A model generated the notes under the pieces. It was not told the origin of the DNA and ran no database searches. It saw only the letters and a program-made list of their open reading frames with translations. 64,000 bases of DNA from assembly GCA_050015395.1 (NCBI GenBank), contig JBEKBM010000011.1:1-64000 (forward strand). The letters run 5' to 3'. The position numbers and the translations under genes are program-made. The DNA is from Candidatus Bathyarchaeia archaeon (GTDB lineage: Archaea; Thermoproteota; Bathyarchaeia; Bathyarchaeales; Bathycorpusculaceae). Numbering within the stretch: position 1 is the stretch's first letter; the number at the start of each line of letters is the position of its first letter. This document shows positions 1 to 8,341 of the stretch, one piece after another.

Positions 1-232
1 AGCGTCTGATGGGTGTTTTTTGAGGTGCCAGATTATGCGTGTATCATTTTGTAGTCCTTTGAGTCTGGCGTAGACGAGAACTCTTATGGCTCTGAGGCGC
101 CCGTAACCTGGGTTTCCGCGTCTTTTAGGCTCTTTTGGAACGACTGTTTTGTTGACGATAAGCCTGACGAGTTCACAGGCTTCCATGAAGACAAGAAGAC
201 GCTAACTAGATTTAAAATTATGCACACCCCTC
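1..232 (-). mobile_element. End of an IS element; N-terminus of a DDE-type transposase (ORF 186->1, runs off window), family uncertain (IS5/IS1182/ISH3-like)
   Basis: Manual translation from ATG at 186: MEACELVRLIVNKTVVPKEPKRRGNPGYGRLRAIRVLVYARLKGLQNDTRIIWHLKKHPSDA; the RRGxPGY motif followed by a helical segment resembles transposase N-termini; candidate terminal sequence GAGGGGTGTGCATAA at 232-218. Confidence 0.6.
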
Positions 233-234
233 GG

Positions 235-311
235 CTCCAAATATGATTCAACATAGTTCAACATAGAATTAATGCCCGCACTTTCAACATGAAACAGTGC
301 TCTTTCTGCAT
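235..311 (+). repeat. Partial copy of dispersed non-coding repeat family
   Basis: CAAATATGATTCAACATAG...CATAGAA...CGCACTTT shared with copies at 38681-38820 (-) and 52285-52449 (+). Confidence 0.8.
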
Positions 312-481
312 GTGAAGAGTTTAGTTACGTTGGTTTTAGACAAGATTTTAGAATTTTCCCGAGCTAATTGTTCTTGAAGGCGGCGTGCATGGACAAAACA
401 GGTTTTTGATAAATCTGTAGATTTATCAAAAACTTTCAACTTTCAATTATTAGCATTCCTAAAAAATGAATTGCATTTTGC

Positions 482-1930
482 TCAATTATTAATTAGATCA
501 CGAATTGCCGACTGAACGGATATGCTTTTGTCAATGAAGAACTTATGAACTATAAGTACCGATTCATAGCTTGACAAAGCAAACAGCTTCAAGTTGGGAA
601 ACATGTTTCGGAATGTACTCCCTCCAACTCTGTTCAAATCAAAGCAAAGAATAGCTATTCCGCTGTCGCCCTTTTTTCTTCCGACACGACCAAGTCCCTG
701 TTCGAGTCTTCTTGCCATGTCAACTTTGCCGTTGGATGGTCTTCCTTTTAGCAATTCTATAAATCTGGGTCTAGGAAAAGGAGGATCTATTACTATGAGC
801 AGCTTGAGTTCCTTTATGGTTACGCCTTCCCAAAATACTGTTGATGATGTAAAAAGCACGCCATTAGGCAGATTTAAAAATGCTTTGTATGCTTCAGGTT
901 TCTCGGGCGCACGATTAGGAAGCAAGAAAACACTATTTGAATTCTTATTGATCTCTTTGAAAGCCTTTGCGCATTTAGCGAAGTTATTAAAAAGAACGAG
1001 CGTGCGTGAGTTTGATTCTTTAATTAGTGTTTTCAATAAAACCAATTTATCTGCATCAGAAAGGCTATCTTTCACTGAAATACACAAACGTTGATTGTTT
1101 CTCCATTCAGCAGAGGATTTTACAGGCTCCGCTCTGTCGATAATGTCGCATGAGATACCACAATAGAAGTTGAGTTCTCCATCAGAAAGTTGAGTAGCTG
1201 AAAAAAGCAAAAGATGTTTATTAGGCAGTTTAAAAGTGCGGAGGTCATCAAGTTGCACGAATTTTAGAGTACATACATTGATTTCTTTCCAGATATAGAC
1301 AAAGCAACGCCATGAAGTAGGGTTATCTAGAACTTTTTGCAATTTAGCTTTGAATCCAGGTTCACGTTTCAAGCCATCCAACATGTCTTTTGCAGACGCA
1401 AAAGATATCTGCCGCGCTACGAAATTTCGCTCTGATGGAAGATATCGCGCTAAAAAATTCAGGTAAAATTTGTCGCTTAATGAAAAGTTAAAATTTTTGA
1501 CTGCTTGCCCCTCAAATTCCCAAAATGATTTGAGGTTATGCGCTTCGTCAACTATTACATAATCATATTGTTTATCCGTTTTGAGATATTCGTGCAAATT
1601 CATAATATCAATGTTAGGTAATCCTCCGCAAATGTCTGAGCACGCATTTCTAAAATCCTCCTGAAGGTAATTGCTTGGAACTACTATTGCGATCGTTTGC
1701 CCTGATTCCCGAAATGCTCTGGATAGCAAACAAATGACGTGAGTTTTGCCTGAAGCTGGAGGGGCATCAAATATCCAAACTTTTTTATCTGAGTGCTCCA
1801 TTTTTTTGTATACTCTATCTAACAATTCTCTTTGTTCTGGAAGAAACGAACCATGCTTTTGGAATGGTATCGAAAGCTCCTGCAGATGTGTAATCCACGT
1901 AATTATCGGAGGGATATCAGGATTAGACAT
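482..1930 (-). CDS. DinG/XPD-like SF2 helicase lacking an obvious Fe-S domain (helicase B of the Argonaute operon)
   Basis: Q motif LPEQ, Walker A APPASGKT, motif II DEAH, motif III SAT, motif V FWEGVTI, PPFPRP, motif VI QGLGRVGR; likely start ATG 1930 (MSNPDI) overlapping the Ago stop, rather than 1978. Confidence 0.85.
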   Translation of the reverse strand: MSNPDIPPIITWITHLQELSIPFQKHGSFLPEQRELLDRVYKKMEHSDKKVWIFDAPPASGKTHVICLLSRAFRESGQTIAIVVPSNYLQEDFRNACSDICGGLPNIDIMNLHEYLKTDKQYDYVIVDEAHNLKSFWEFEGQAVKNFNFSLSDKFYLNFLARYLPSERNFVARQISFASAKDMLDGLKREPGFKAKLQKVLDNPTSWRCFVYIWKEINVCTLKFVQLDDLRTFKLPNKHLLLFSATQLSDGELNFYCGISCDIIDRAEPVKSSAEWRNNQRLCISVKDSLSDADKLVLLKTLIKESNSRTLVLFNNFAKCAKAFKEINKNSNSVFLLPNRAPEKPEAYKAFLNLPNGVLFTSSTVFWEGVTIKELKLLIVIDPPFPRPRFIELLKGRPSNGKVDMARRLEQGLGRVGRKKGDSGIAILCFDLNRVGGSTFRNMFPNLKLFALSSYESVLIVHKFFIDKSISVQSAIRDLINN

Positions 1931-4190
1931 AAAATATCCTTTGGTGAACGTCTTGGTTAGAGGGAAGACCATATTCATTTACGTACTTAGCATATTTCTT
2001 CAGATAATATAGTGAGGCAGGTAATCTCGTCCCGTTTCCACTAGTTCCAGCTTCTAGCGACATTGAAAGTACACTATGCATAATTTTGTTTACATCAAAT
2101 ATTCCTTTAGTCGCCAATATCTTAACCCTGATAGGGGTTGGGCAACCTCTATAGTATGTCCCGACTTTCGTTGATCCGGTTGTTAGAATGTAGTATTCAT
2201 CCGATGCTGTCTGCATTATGACCCCTTGGGGAGCATTTTCGTAAGATTCAAGCGGATAAGCGACAACAGTTCTTCGCCTGCTGCTGGGAGAAGCAAGCAG
2301 GGGTTTAAATGTAGAAAATAATCTCAATTCATCTCTTTGCAAGATTTTTATGAAAAAGAATTCAGTTGTGCCCTTAAGCGCTTCTAATATTAGATCTTGA
2401 ATTTGCAGATCAGAAAATGACATGATCGCTATCAATTTGTTATTATTGGCAATTTTAGTCTTCATTTCATTGAGCAGGTTTTGAAAATCGTCATATTCGA
2501 AAGGCTTTGACTGGTAGAGTAATTCTCCTTCTGGCGTCATTAAACTATAAAGAAAGCTTTTTGTTCCATTAAACGGGTTCCTATATGCATAGATTGAAAG
2601 AATATTTGCATCCTCAGGGTTAGCCAGTAGCCAAGGATATCCGCCTAATTTCAAAGTAATCTGCATAACCAATTGTGGAATAGAGTCAGTATTGGCTTTC
2701 TCTGGAGTAAGGTTTTGATGTGCCAAGCCTATATTGCTCACAATTTTTTCTTTGTATTGCCTTATTATCTTTTCATCTTTGGTAATCGTTAAAACAAGGT
2801 TATATCCAGAGAAATCATGTTTTTCAACATCAATATTATTCAACGTGTCAACAGATAAAGTGCAATTGTTTCTATGTTCTATTTCTCTCGAAAGGCTCTC
2901 TACAAAAGATGTGTATTCCTTGTCACAGACCGCTAATATTTTATTCGCTCCAATTGGCTTGGCAAAGACTTCTTTCGCAGTGTATTTTTTGTAGAAGTTT
3001 ATGCCATATGGGGGTAATAGTTCCACTTCTTTGTTGCCAAATTTAATGTTTATTGTAGATGGGGGTTCAACGATTTTTCTAACATCTTTGGGAAATACTG
3101 CAAATTCCAATTTGGCAGGATAGACTTTTTTGAATCTATTACTTAAATTATAATCTATCTTTCTAACAAGATCAAAAATTTTTCTTTGTTGGTCGCCACA
3201 ATGAGGGTGTAAAATATCAAAAACTTGGGACGTTTGGGAATCTGAAATTCTCATACTGATGTCTTTAAAGGTATGTCCGACTACTAAAAATTCCGGAATG
3301 TGAAATTGGGTCTTGATTGTGCCTTCTTTTGTTTCGAGTTTCCATTTAATCAACGGTTGATTCTCGTCTTTTACAGGAATACCTTGTGCTATCTTGTGGT
3401 ATTCACATGGAGAAATATTACCTTCCAAAACCTTGTCTTTAGCTCGTGTTTCCCAGGTTATTTCATCTATTATTATAGATGGAGCCGAATATTCTTTTAC
3501 GTTTGCTGTTCTGTTACGAAAAGCCCAATTAACAAAATTGATGTAGTCTTTTGGTGGATTGTAAAAATCGACTGGTTTCTTTTTTATAGCTTGCCACCAC
3601 TCTGCTAAAATCTTCAATTCATTCAGCAAATTTTTCCAAGATCGAAGCTCAATTTCTCTATTAATCAGCAAATGAGGAATACCAAATGCCACACGAACGC
3701 CACGATAGAATCTTCTCCCATCTTCAACTCCAATTCTTTTGCGAAGAGATTCATCAAAATAGCCTTCGCCTCTTTCCATAATATACGGGGAAAACTCACT
3801 ATATTTGTAGTAATCATCAGACAAGTTACAAAGCGATAAATCAACAATTTTGTTGATGAGCCTTCCATAAGCAATAGGTTCATCAGCAAAACTTACCGAA
3901 TGTGTCTCTTCAAACTTAAGCTTAACCGTAAAATCGCCTAGATTCTCAAGTTGAATTTTGTTCACTATGCCACTTTCAGGGATAGTAGCTTCCAAGACTT
4001 TTATTCTGCCTTCATCAGAAATTACGGCTGTTTCCGTGGAATCCGTGAGTTTTTTAGCGAGTCGCCCCAAAATTTTGTAGAAATGGGCAGGTCTTGCCGG
4101 ACGAGGATCAATTTCTGGGAAGTATGTGTTAATTTTAAGAGGTTCATATACTCTTAGTTCAAACAGATTAGCATTGTAGCTTGTGCTCAT
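1923..4190 (-). CDS. ago: Long prokaryotic Argonaute (N-L1-PAZ-L2-MID-PIWI), predicted catalytically inactive
   Basis: PAZ signature EYHKIAQGIPVKDENQPLI...FHIPEFL; MID end QLVMQITLKLGGYPW; PIWI motifs NAPQGVI, RGCPTP, RLPASLYY; C-terminal RIFYV; catalytic positions read LSIYAY (for GIDV), no RDG, YLKK (for YADK/YAH). Confidence 0.88.
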   Translation of the reverse strand: MSTSYNANLFELRVYEPLKINTYFPEIDPRPARPAHFYKILGRLAKKLTDSTETAVISDEGRIKVLEATIPESGIVNKIQLENLGDFTVKLKFEETHSVSFADEPIAYGRLINKIVDLSLCNLSDDYYKYSEFSPYIMERGEGYFDESLRKRIGVEDGRRFYRGVRVAFGIPHLLINREIELRSWKNLLNELKILAEWWQAIKKKPVDFYNPPKDYINFVNWAFRNRTANVKEYSAPSIIIDEITWETRAKDKVLEGNISPCEYHKIAQGIPVKDENQPLIKWKLETKEGTIKTQFHIPEFLVVGHTFKDISMRISDSQTSQVFDILHPHCGDQQRKIFDLVRKIDYNLSNRFKKVYPAKLEFAVFPKDVRKIVEPPSTINIKFGNKEVELLPPYGINFYKKYTAKEVFAKPIGANKILAVCDKEYTSFVESLSREIEHRNNCTLSVDTLNNIDVEKHDFSGYNLVLTITKDEKIIRQYKEKIVSNIGLAHQNLTPEKANTDSIPQLVMQITLKLGGYPWLLANPEDANILSIYAYRNPFNGTKSFLYSLMTPEGELLYQSKPFEYDDFQNLLNEMKTKIANNNKLIAIMSFSDLQIQDLILEALKGTTEFFFIKILQRDELRLFSTFKPLLASPSSRRRTVVAYPLESYENAPQGVIMQTASDEYYILTTGSTKVGTYYRGCPTPIRVKILATKGIFDVNKIMHSVLSMSLEAGTSGNGTRLPASLYYLKKYAKYVNEYGLPSNQDVHQRIFYV

Positions 4191-5875
4191 TAATTATTTC
4201 CCCTTTGTGCTTTTTCAAATTCACTTAGAAGATCTTCGATGTTGAGCGCTATTATTCTCTTTCTGTATGCCTCTGAAAAATGCGCGCTCTTCTTGTATTT
4301 CTCTAACCGGTTATCTAGAATAATGCAGACCCCTGTGTCATTTTCTTTTCGGATTAGTCTGCCAATTCCTTGTTGGAGTCTGATCAACATCTTACGTCTT
4401 ACAAACGGAAATGAATCACGCGGTTCAAGGTGAACTGGTGGTCTTATGAACGGCAAAGAAAATATTATCTCTAATTTTAAGTCGCTTATGTCAATGCCTT
4501 CCCAAAGTCTTGAAGAGGCAGTAGCCATGATAATATCCGCTTTCTCAACGCATTGCTGTACCTTTTCAGTTTGGTAACTATCATCAATGAAAGTAATTTC
4601 GCGGGTAACTATTTTTTTGAGGGTGTTTTCAGCTTTTCTTTGGTCTCTATAACTCTTGAAGAGCAAAAGTGTTTTGCCTTTACCTCTTTTTAGAATTTCA
4701 GCAGCTATCTCTGCACTTTTCTCAATTGAATCGCTGCTGTCTTTTGGGAAATCTCGTGTTTCCAAGATTTGTAAACCATTAAACCAATTTTCCACTTGAG
4801 GCGGCACACTCTTGGGTATTATCGAAATTGAATCATCAGTATATTTTCTGTGTGTGCAGTAACTGGCATGAGTTATAATGTCACCAGGCGTTGCGCTGGC
4901 GAAAACTACTTTTGATTTTCCAAAGAGTTTCTTGACAACGTTGTTCTGAAAACTATCCGATTTCCTAGCTATCAAGGCGGCTTCTTGTGGATCATTTTGA
5001 TTATAGTAGTCTTTTTGGATGTAGAAAGTATTGTACGATGTATTCTTGCAGCAATTTGCAAAATACAACATATCAAAAACTATGTCTCTATCGGCTTCAT
5101 CTATGTTTTTAAGCTGGTTTTGAAGCTGATCGAAACCTTCTATTTCAGCAATCCCTTTAATGACATCATCAGGCATTCGCCTGTTTAATTGATCAGGCGG
5201 TATAGCGCGAAGAGCGTCATCAAAATAATCTAAGAAGAATCCTGTAAAATCTGCTATAGCATCGTTTTTCAATTCGTGCCTTTTGAAAAGATCATTAATT
5301 TGATAATAGGCAAGTCTATTCTGGAACTTGTCATCAAGAGCGTTTTCAAATCCGTGGGAGTCATCAATAATTATTAAGTCAAAGCCGCGCTCTGTTGGCG
5401 TGGAAAGAAACTTATGGAAATTTGTTAGGATAAAAGGATATTCCTCGAACTCCTTTGTTATGTTAAGAACCGTGCATTCAGGTCTCTCTTTGCTGCATTC
5501 ACTTTTTTGTTTCTTATTGCAAGTTCCGTAGTCCGCCTTGTTACCTGTTAGTAAGCAATCATAATGCTCGATGCCCTTAACAACGTGTGGCTTAGTTTTA
5601 ACTTTAAAATTGGGCAGATATTTTCTTTCTAGCTGATCGATAATCAGGTTTGTTGCCACAATTATACATACTCTATGTCCGTGATTAGCCGCAACTATTG
5701 CTGCAGGCAAATAAACATAAGTTTTTCCGGTTCCCGTAGGAAGACAGGTTGCAACGTCATTCCCTTTTGCTAACCCATTCACAAGTTCTTTGATTGAATC
5801 ACGTTGATATGGTCTGGGGTTTACAAGGAATGTACTTAGGCACTCATCAAGAGATAACGTTAAACCTGTGGTCAT
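4190..5875 (-). CDS. DinG/XPD/Rad3-family helicase with four-Cys putative Fe-S segment (helicase A of the Argonaute operon)
   Basis: PRPYQ Q motif, PTGTGKT, KGIEHYDC...C...C...C, motif II variant DDSH, SAT, LWEGIDI, LPF, QGIGRLIR, ILDNR; stop overlaps Ago start (TAATG). Confidence 0.9.
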   Translation of the reverse strand: MTTGLTLSLDECLSTFLVNPRPYQRDSIKELVNGLAKGNDVATCLPTGTGKTYVYLPAAIVAANHGHRVCIIVATNLIIDQLERKYLPNFKVKTKPHVVKGIEHYDCLLTGNKADYGTCNKKQKSECSKERPECTVLNITKEFEEYPFILTNFHKFLSTPTERGFDLIIIDDSHGFENALDDKFQNRLAYYQINDLFKRHELKNDAIADFTGFFLDYFDDALRAIPPDQLNRRMPDDVIKGIAEIEGFDQLQNQLKNIDEADRDIVFDMLYFANCCKNTSYNTFYIQKDYYNQNDPQEAALIARKSDSFQNNVVKKLFGKSKVVFASATPGDIITHASYCTHRKYTDDSISIIPKSVPPQVENWFNGLQILETRDFPKDSSDSIEKSAEIAAEILKRGKGKTLLLFKSYRDQRKAENTLKKIVTREITFIDDSYQTEKVQQCVEKADIIMATASSRLWEGIDISDLKLEIIFSLPFIRPPVHLEPRDSFPFVRRKMLIRLQQGIGRLIRKENDTGVCIILDNRLEKYKKSAHFSEAYRKRIIALNIEDLLSEFEKAQRGNN

Positions 5876-6050
5876 CTAGGTTTCACTCATTTCCTCTTTT
5901 CAATTGCCGATTACTGCAGGTATGTTCGCTCTGTGCTAATAAGGTTTAATACTGTTTACAACAAGGAGGCGGACTCGATTCAAGCTCTTGGATAAGTTAA
6001 ATACCTGATTTTTGGAGCTGATAAGAATGTGAGTCACAATACAATCATAA

Positions 6051-6066
6051 GTAAGAATATTCTTAC
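6051..6066. promoter_or_regulatory. Perfect 16-bp palindrome, probable autoregulatory operator of the AbrB-type antitoxin
   Basis: GTAAGAATATTCTTAC just upstream of the AbrB start at 6084. Confidence 0.6.
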
Positions 6067-6083
6067 CATTAAACGGCGAAAGC

Positions 6084-6344
6084 ATGATGGAAGCATCCAC
6101 AACTAAAGTTTCCTCTAAAGGGCAAGTGGTTATCCCAGCGAACGTTCGCAAAGCAGCTAACCTAAAGAAAGGCGAGAAAATCCTAGCAATAGCTATTGAT
6201 GACATGGTTGTTCTTAAAAAAATAATTGATAAATCCTTTGAAGAAACCATTAAGCCAGTATGGGCAAAAGTTAAGCAGATGGGTCTTTCGGAGAAAGACA
6301 TAAACACCCTCATCGACCAAGCAAAAGCCAAAAGCAGTTCTTGA
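6084..6344 (+). CDS. AbrB/MazE/SpoVT-family DNA-binding protein (antitoxin)
   Basis: TKVSSKGQVVIPANVRKAANLKKGE signature. Confidence 0.92.
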   Translation: MMEASTTKVSSKGQVVIPANVRKAANLKKGEKILAIAIDDMVVLKKIIDKSFEETIKPVWAKVKQMGLSEKDINTLIDQAKAKSSS

Positions 6345-6375
6345 CACAAACGTTTGGATTTCAAGCCTTATCGGT
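6325..6375 (+). pseudogene. Truncated PIN-domain (VapC-like) toxin remnant
   Basis: Frame overlapping the antitoxin stop reads KPKAVLDTNVWISSLIG (PIN N-terminal motif), with no start codon nearby and no further PIN similarity. Confidence 0.7.
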
Positions 6376-6572
6376 TTCAAGCTTGCAAGAAGAGCACGTG
6401 CACTTTATTTTTTTTTCGCTGCTCCTCCACAACTGACGCCGCGGTTTTATCTTCAAGGTCTATAAACATCGTTTCCAGCTGAAGTGCTTTTGAGCTAACA
6501 ATCCCAACTATTTGAGTAAGCTGGCTCTCGTATTCTCTGTTTACATCGTCTGCCCCACCGCAATTGTTTTAT

Positions 6573-6780
6573 AATCACAATCATAACAGAAATCACATGG
6601 GTTACAAGACATGCGCTATCTGTGGACGAAAAGTCTACAAAGGAGAGGGAATGTACTACGGAGGTCGCCTAATACATCGAACCTGCAGGGGTATAGCCAA
6701 AATTCAGCGGTACAAGCTTAATGAGAAGTAAGTTCAAGGGAGAGTTATCGTGGAAAATCACAATCATAACAAAAATCACA
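6573..6780 (+). repeat. 25-bp direct repeat (6573-6597 and 6756-6780) flanking a small ORF
   Basis: AATCACAATCATAACAGAAATCACA vs AATCACAATCATAACAAAAATCACA (24/25 identical). Confidence 0.9.
6597..6731 (+). CDS. 44-aa zinc-finger microprotein (C-x2-C-x17-H-x2-C)
   Basis: Manual translation MGYKTCAICGRKVYKGEGMYYGGRLIHRTCRGIAKIQRYKLNEK; absent from ORF track. Confidence 0.7.
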   Translation: MGYKTCAICGRKVYKGEGMYYGGRLIHRTCRGIAKIQRYKLNEK

Positions 6781-7240
6781 AAATAAATCCTTTCTCACCG
6801 CAACAACCAACACAACGGCATTTTTTTCTATTTCAGATTATTAAAAAGCGCAAATAGTTTTTTAATTATATGAAACGCTATGCAAACCATGCTTGCCGAG
6901 TCTGCTTTCGGTAGGTCCGAGCCTTTATTGGGGATTCTTTGACTCCTTGACTTTTAGAGACGCATAATGACGAATATAGACGAAACCTGCAAACGCTTCA
7001 AGCCCCAAACCTAAAAAGCAACACAAAACAACCAAAACAAACTCTTCTCTTTTGACAATTTAGCTACTTGCTACAGTTTCTGAATATTTTGCTTCGTCTT
7101 ATTGCTTCTGCTATGGGAAGCCTATGGCGTTTAGGGCTATTGTGGATCCGACAAACAGCAGCATCAGTTAGCGCCAATATGACAGCAAACAACAGTTTTG
7201 GTGAAAAGTCTTTTTAGCTTCATCTGCACACTATAGCATC

Positions 7241-7306
7241 ATGCCATCTCTAAAAAAGAAGAATGCTACGAAAAAAGCAAAGCATGAAGCAAAAACGGGC
7301 AAATAA
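7241..7306 (+). CDS. Possible 21-aa lysine-rich peptide
   Basis: MPSLKKKNATKKAKHEAKTGK; BRE/TATA-like GAAAAGTCTTTTTA about 25-30 bp upstream. Confidence 0.35.
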   Translation: MPSLKKKNATKKAKHEAKTGK

Positions 7307-7375
7307 GACGGGCTGCCGCTTTTGCAATATAATTATATAATTCTTTAAGCTTATGTTACTTTTGAGGAAACTGCT

Positions 7376-7747
7376 TTGTCAGAGTTTGTTTGGAATAAGC
7401 CTGTCGTGTGCATTTTTAAAGAGCGCGACGTTAACCCTGAAATAGACCCTTTTGTAGTTGTTAAGGCAAAAAAAATAATGCTTGCCCGTTCCGATAACTC
7501 TCAAGTAGTTGGCAGCCTTGTAGATTTCTTCACTTTGATGGGTGATGCTGACTATCTTGTGTCGCCTGAAGGTGCAGTTGACCATTATGTAATGTGCTGG
7601 TTTGACGACACTGAGCCAGATATGACTAAAGACCTGAGGCGTTTAAGAGGAGTTACCCTTAAGGGAAAAGTTGCTTGCGCACTTAACGCAGCCGGCAAAA
7701 GGACGTATAATGCAGCTTTCAAGGCTGAACATGCCAAACTGAAATAA
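7376..7747 (+). CDS. Hypothetical protein
   Basis: 123-aa ORF with protein-like composition and AT-rich TATA-like upstream region. Confidence 0.75.
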   Translation: MSEFVWNKPVVCIFKERDVNPEIDPFVVVKAKKIMLARSDNSQVVGSLVDFFTLMGDADYLVSPEGAVDHYVMCWFDDTEPDMTKDLRRLRGVTLKGKVACALNAAGKRTYNAAFKAEHAKLK

Positions 7748-7928
7748 CCCGATTTCGATTTTCTACATTTTCAGGCTAAAGATAGTTTACTCAAAAGAAA
7801 CCCGTAATAGCAGCTCTAATGGTAAATCGAACCGCTGTAACCCGCGGAGTTAATGGTGAATTTATCATTTTTCTTAAACTTAATTTTAAATATAACTGCA
7901 TAAACTCTATTGGATAAGGTCATAGACC

Positions 7929-8336
7929 ATGGTTGAGCAAAAGTTACATGCAATTCTAATTACTGGTAGAACAATCGATCAAGGCGTTGGAAAAGAGATG
8001 GGGAAAGGCTCAAAAGAGTACTTTGACAGCTCCGCCCTCTGCTTTATTGATGAAGCGGACATGAAAAAACTGGGCATAAAAAGCCGAGCAAAAGCAAACG
8101 TTAAGGTTACTTCAAAGTACGGTTCAGTCATCGTTAAAGCAGCGAAGAACCCCTACGGCTCCAATCCTGGCTTGGTTTTCATCCCCTGCGGTTTATGGGC
8201 AAACGCCGTCTGCGGAGATGAAACCTTCGGCATGGGTATGCCTCTTTTTAAGGGTTTTCAAGTTGAAGTTGAACCTGCCCCAAACCAAGCCATCTTAACG
8301 CTTGATGAGCTTTTGAAAGAGGAGTATGGAAGGTAA
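7929..8336 (+). CDS. fwdD: Formylmethanofuran dehydrogenase subunit D
   Basis: LITGRTIDQG, VFIPCGLWAN, GMPLFKG; first gene of fwd operon. Confidence 0.93.
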   Translation: MVEQKLHAILITGRTIDQGVGKEMGKGSKEYFDSSALCFIDEADMKKLGIKSRAKANVKVTSKYGSVIVKAAKNPYGSNPGLVFIPCGLWANAVCGDETFGMGMPLFKGFQVEVEPAPNQAILTLDELLKEEYGR

Positions 8337-8341
8337 TTGTT

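Noticed and set aside
1923-4190. pPIWI-RE or short pAgo assignment
   Set aside because: The protein has PAZ and N/L1 motifs, and no REase or APAZ partner is visible; DinG association alone is insufficient
6573-6780. CRISPR mini-array from the two 25-bp repeats
   Set aside because: Only two copies, the 158-bp interval contains an ORF, and no cas genes are in the window
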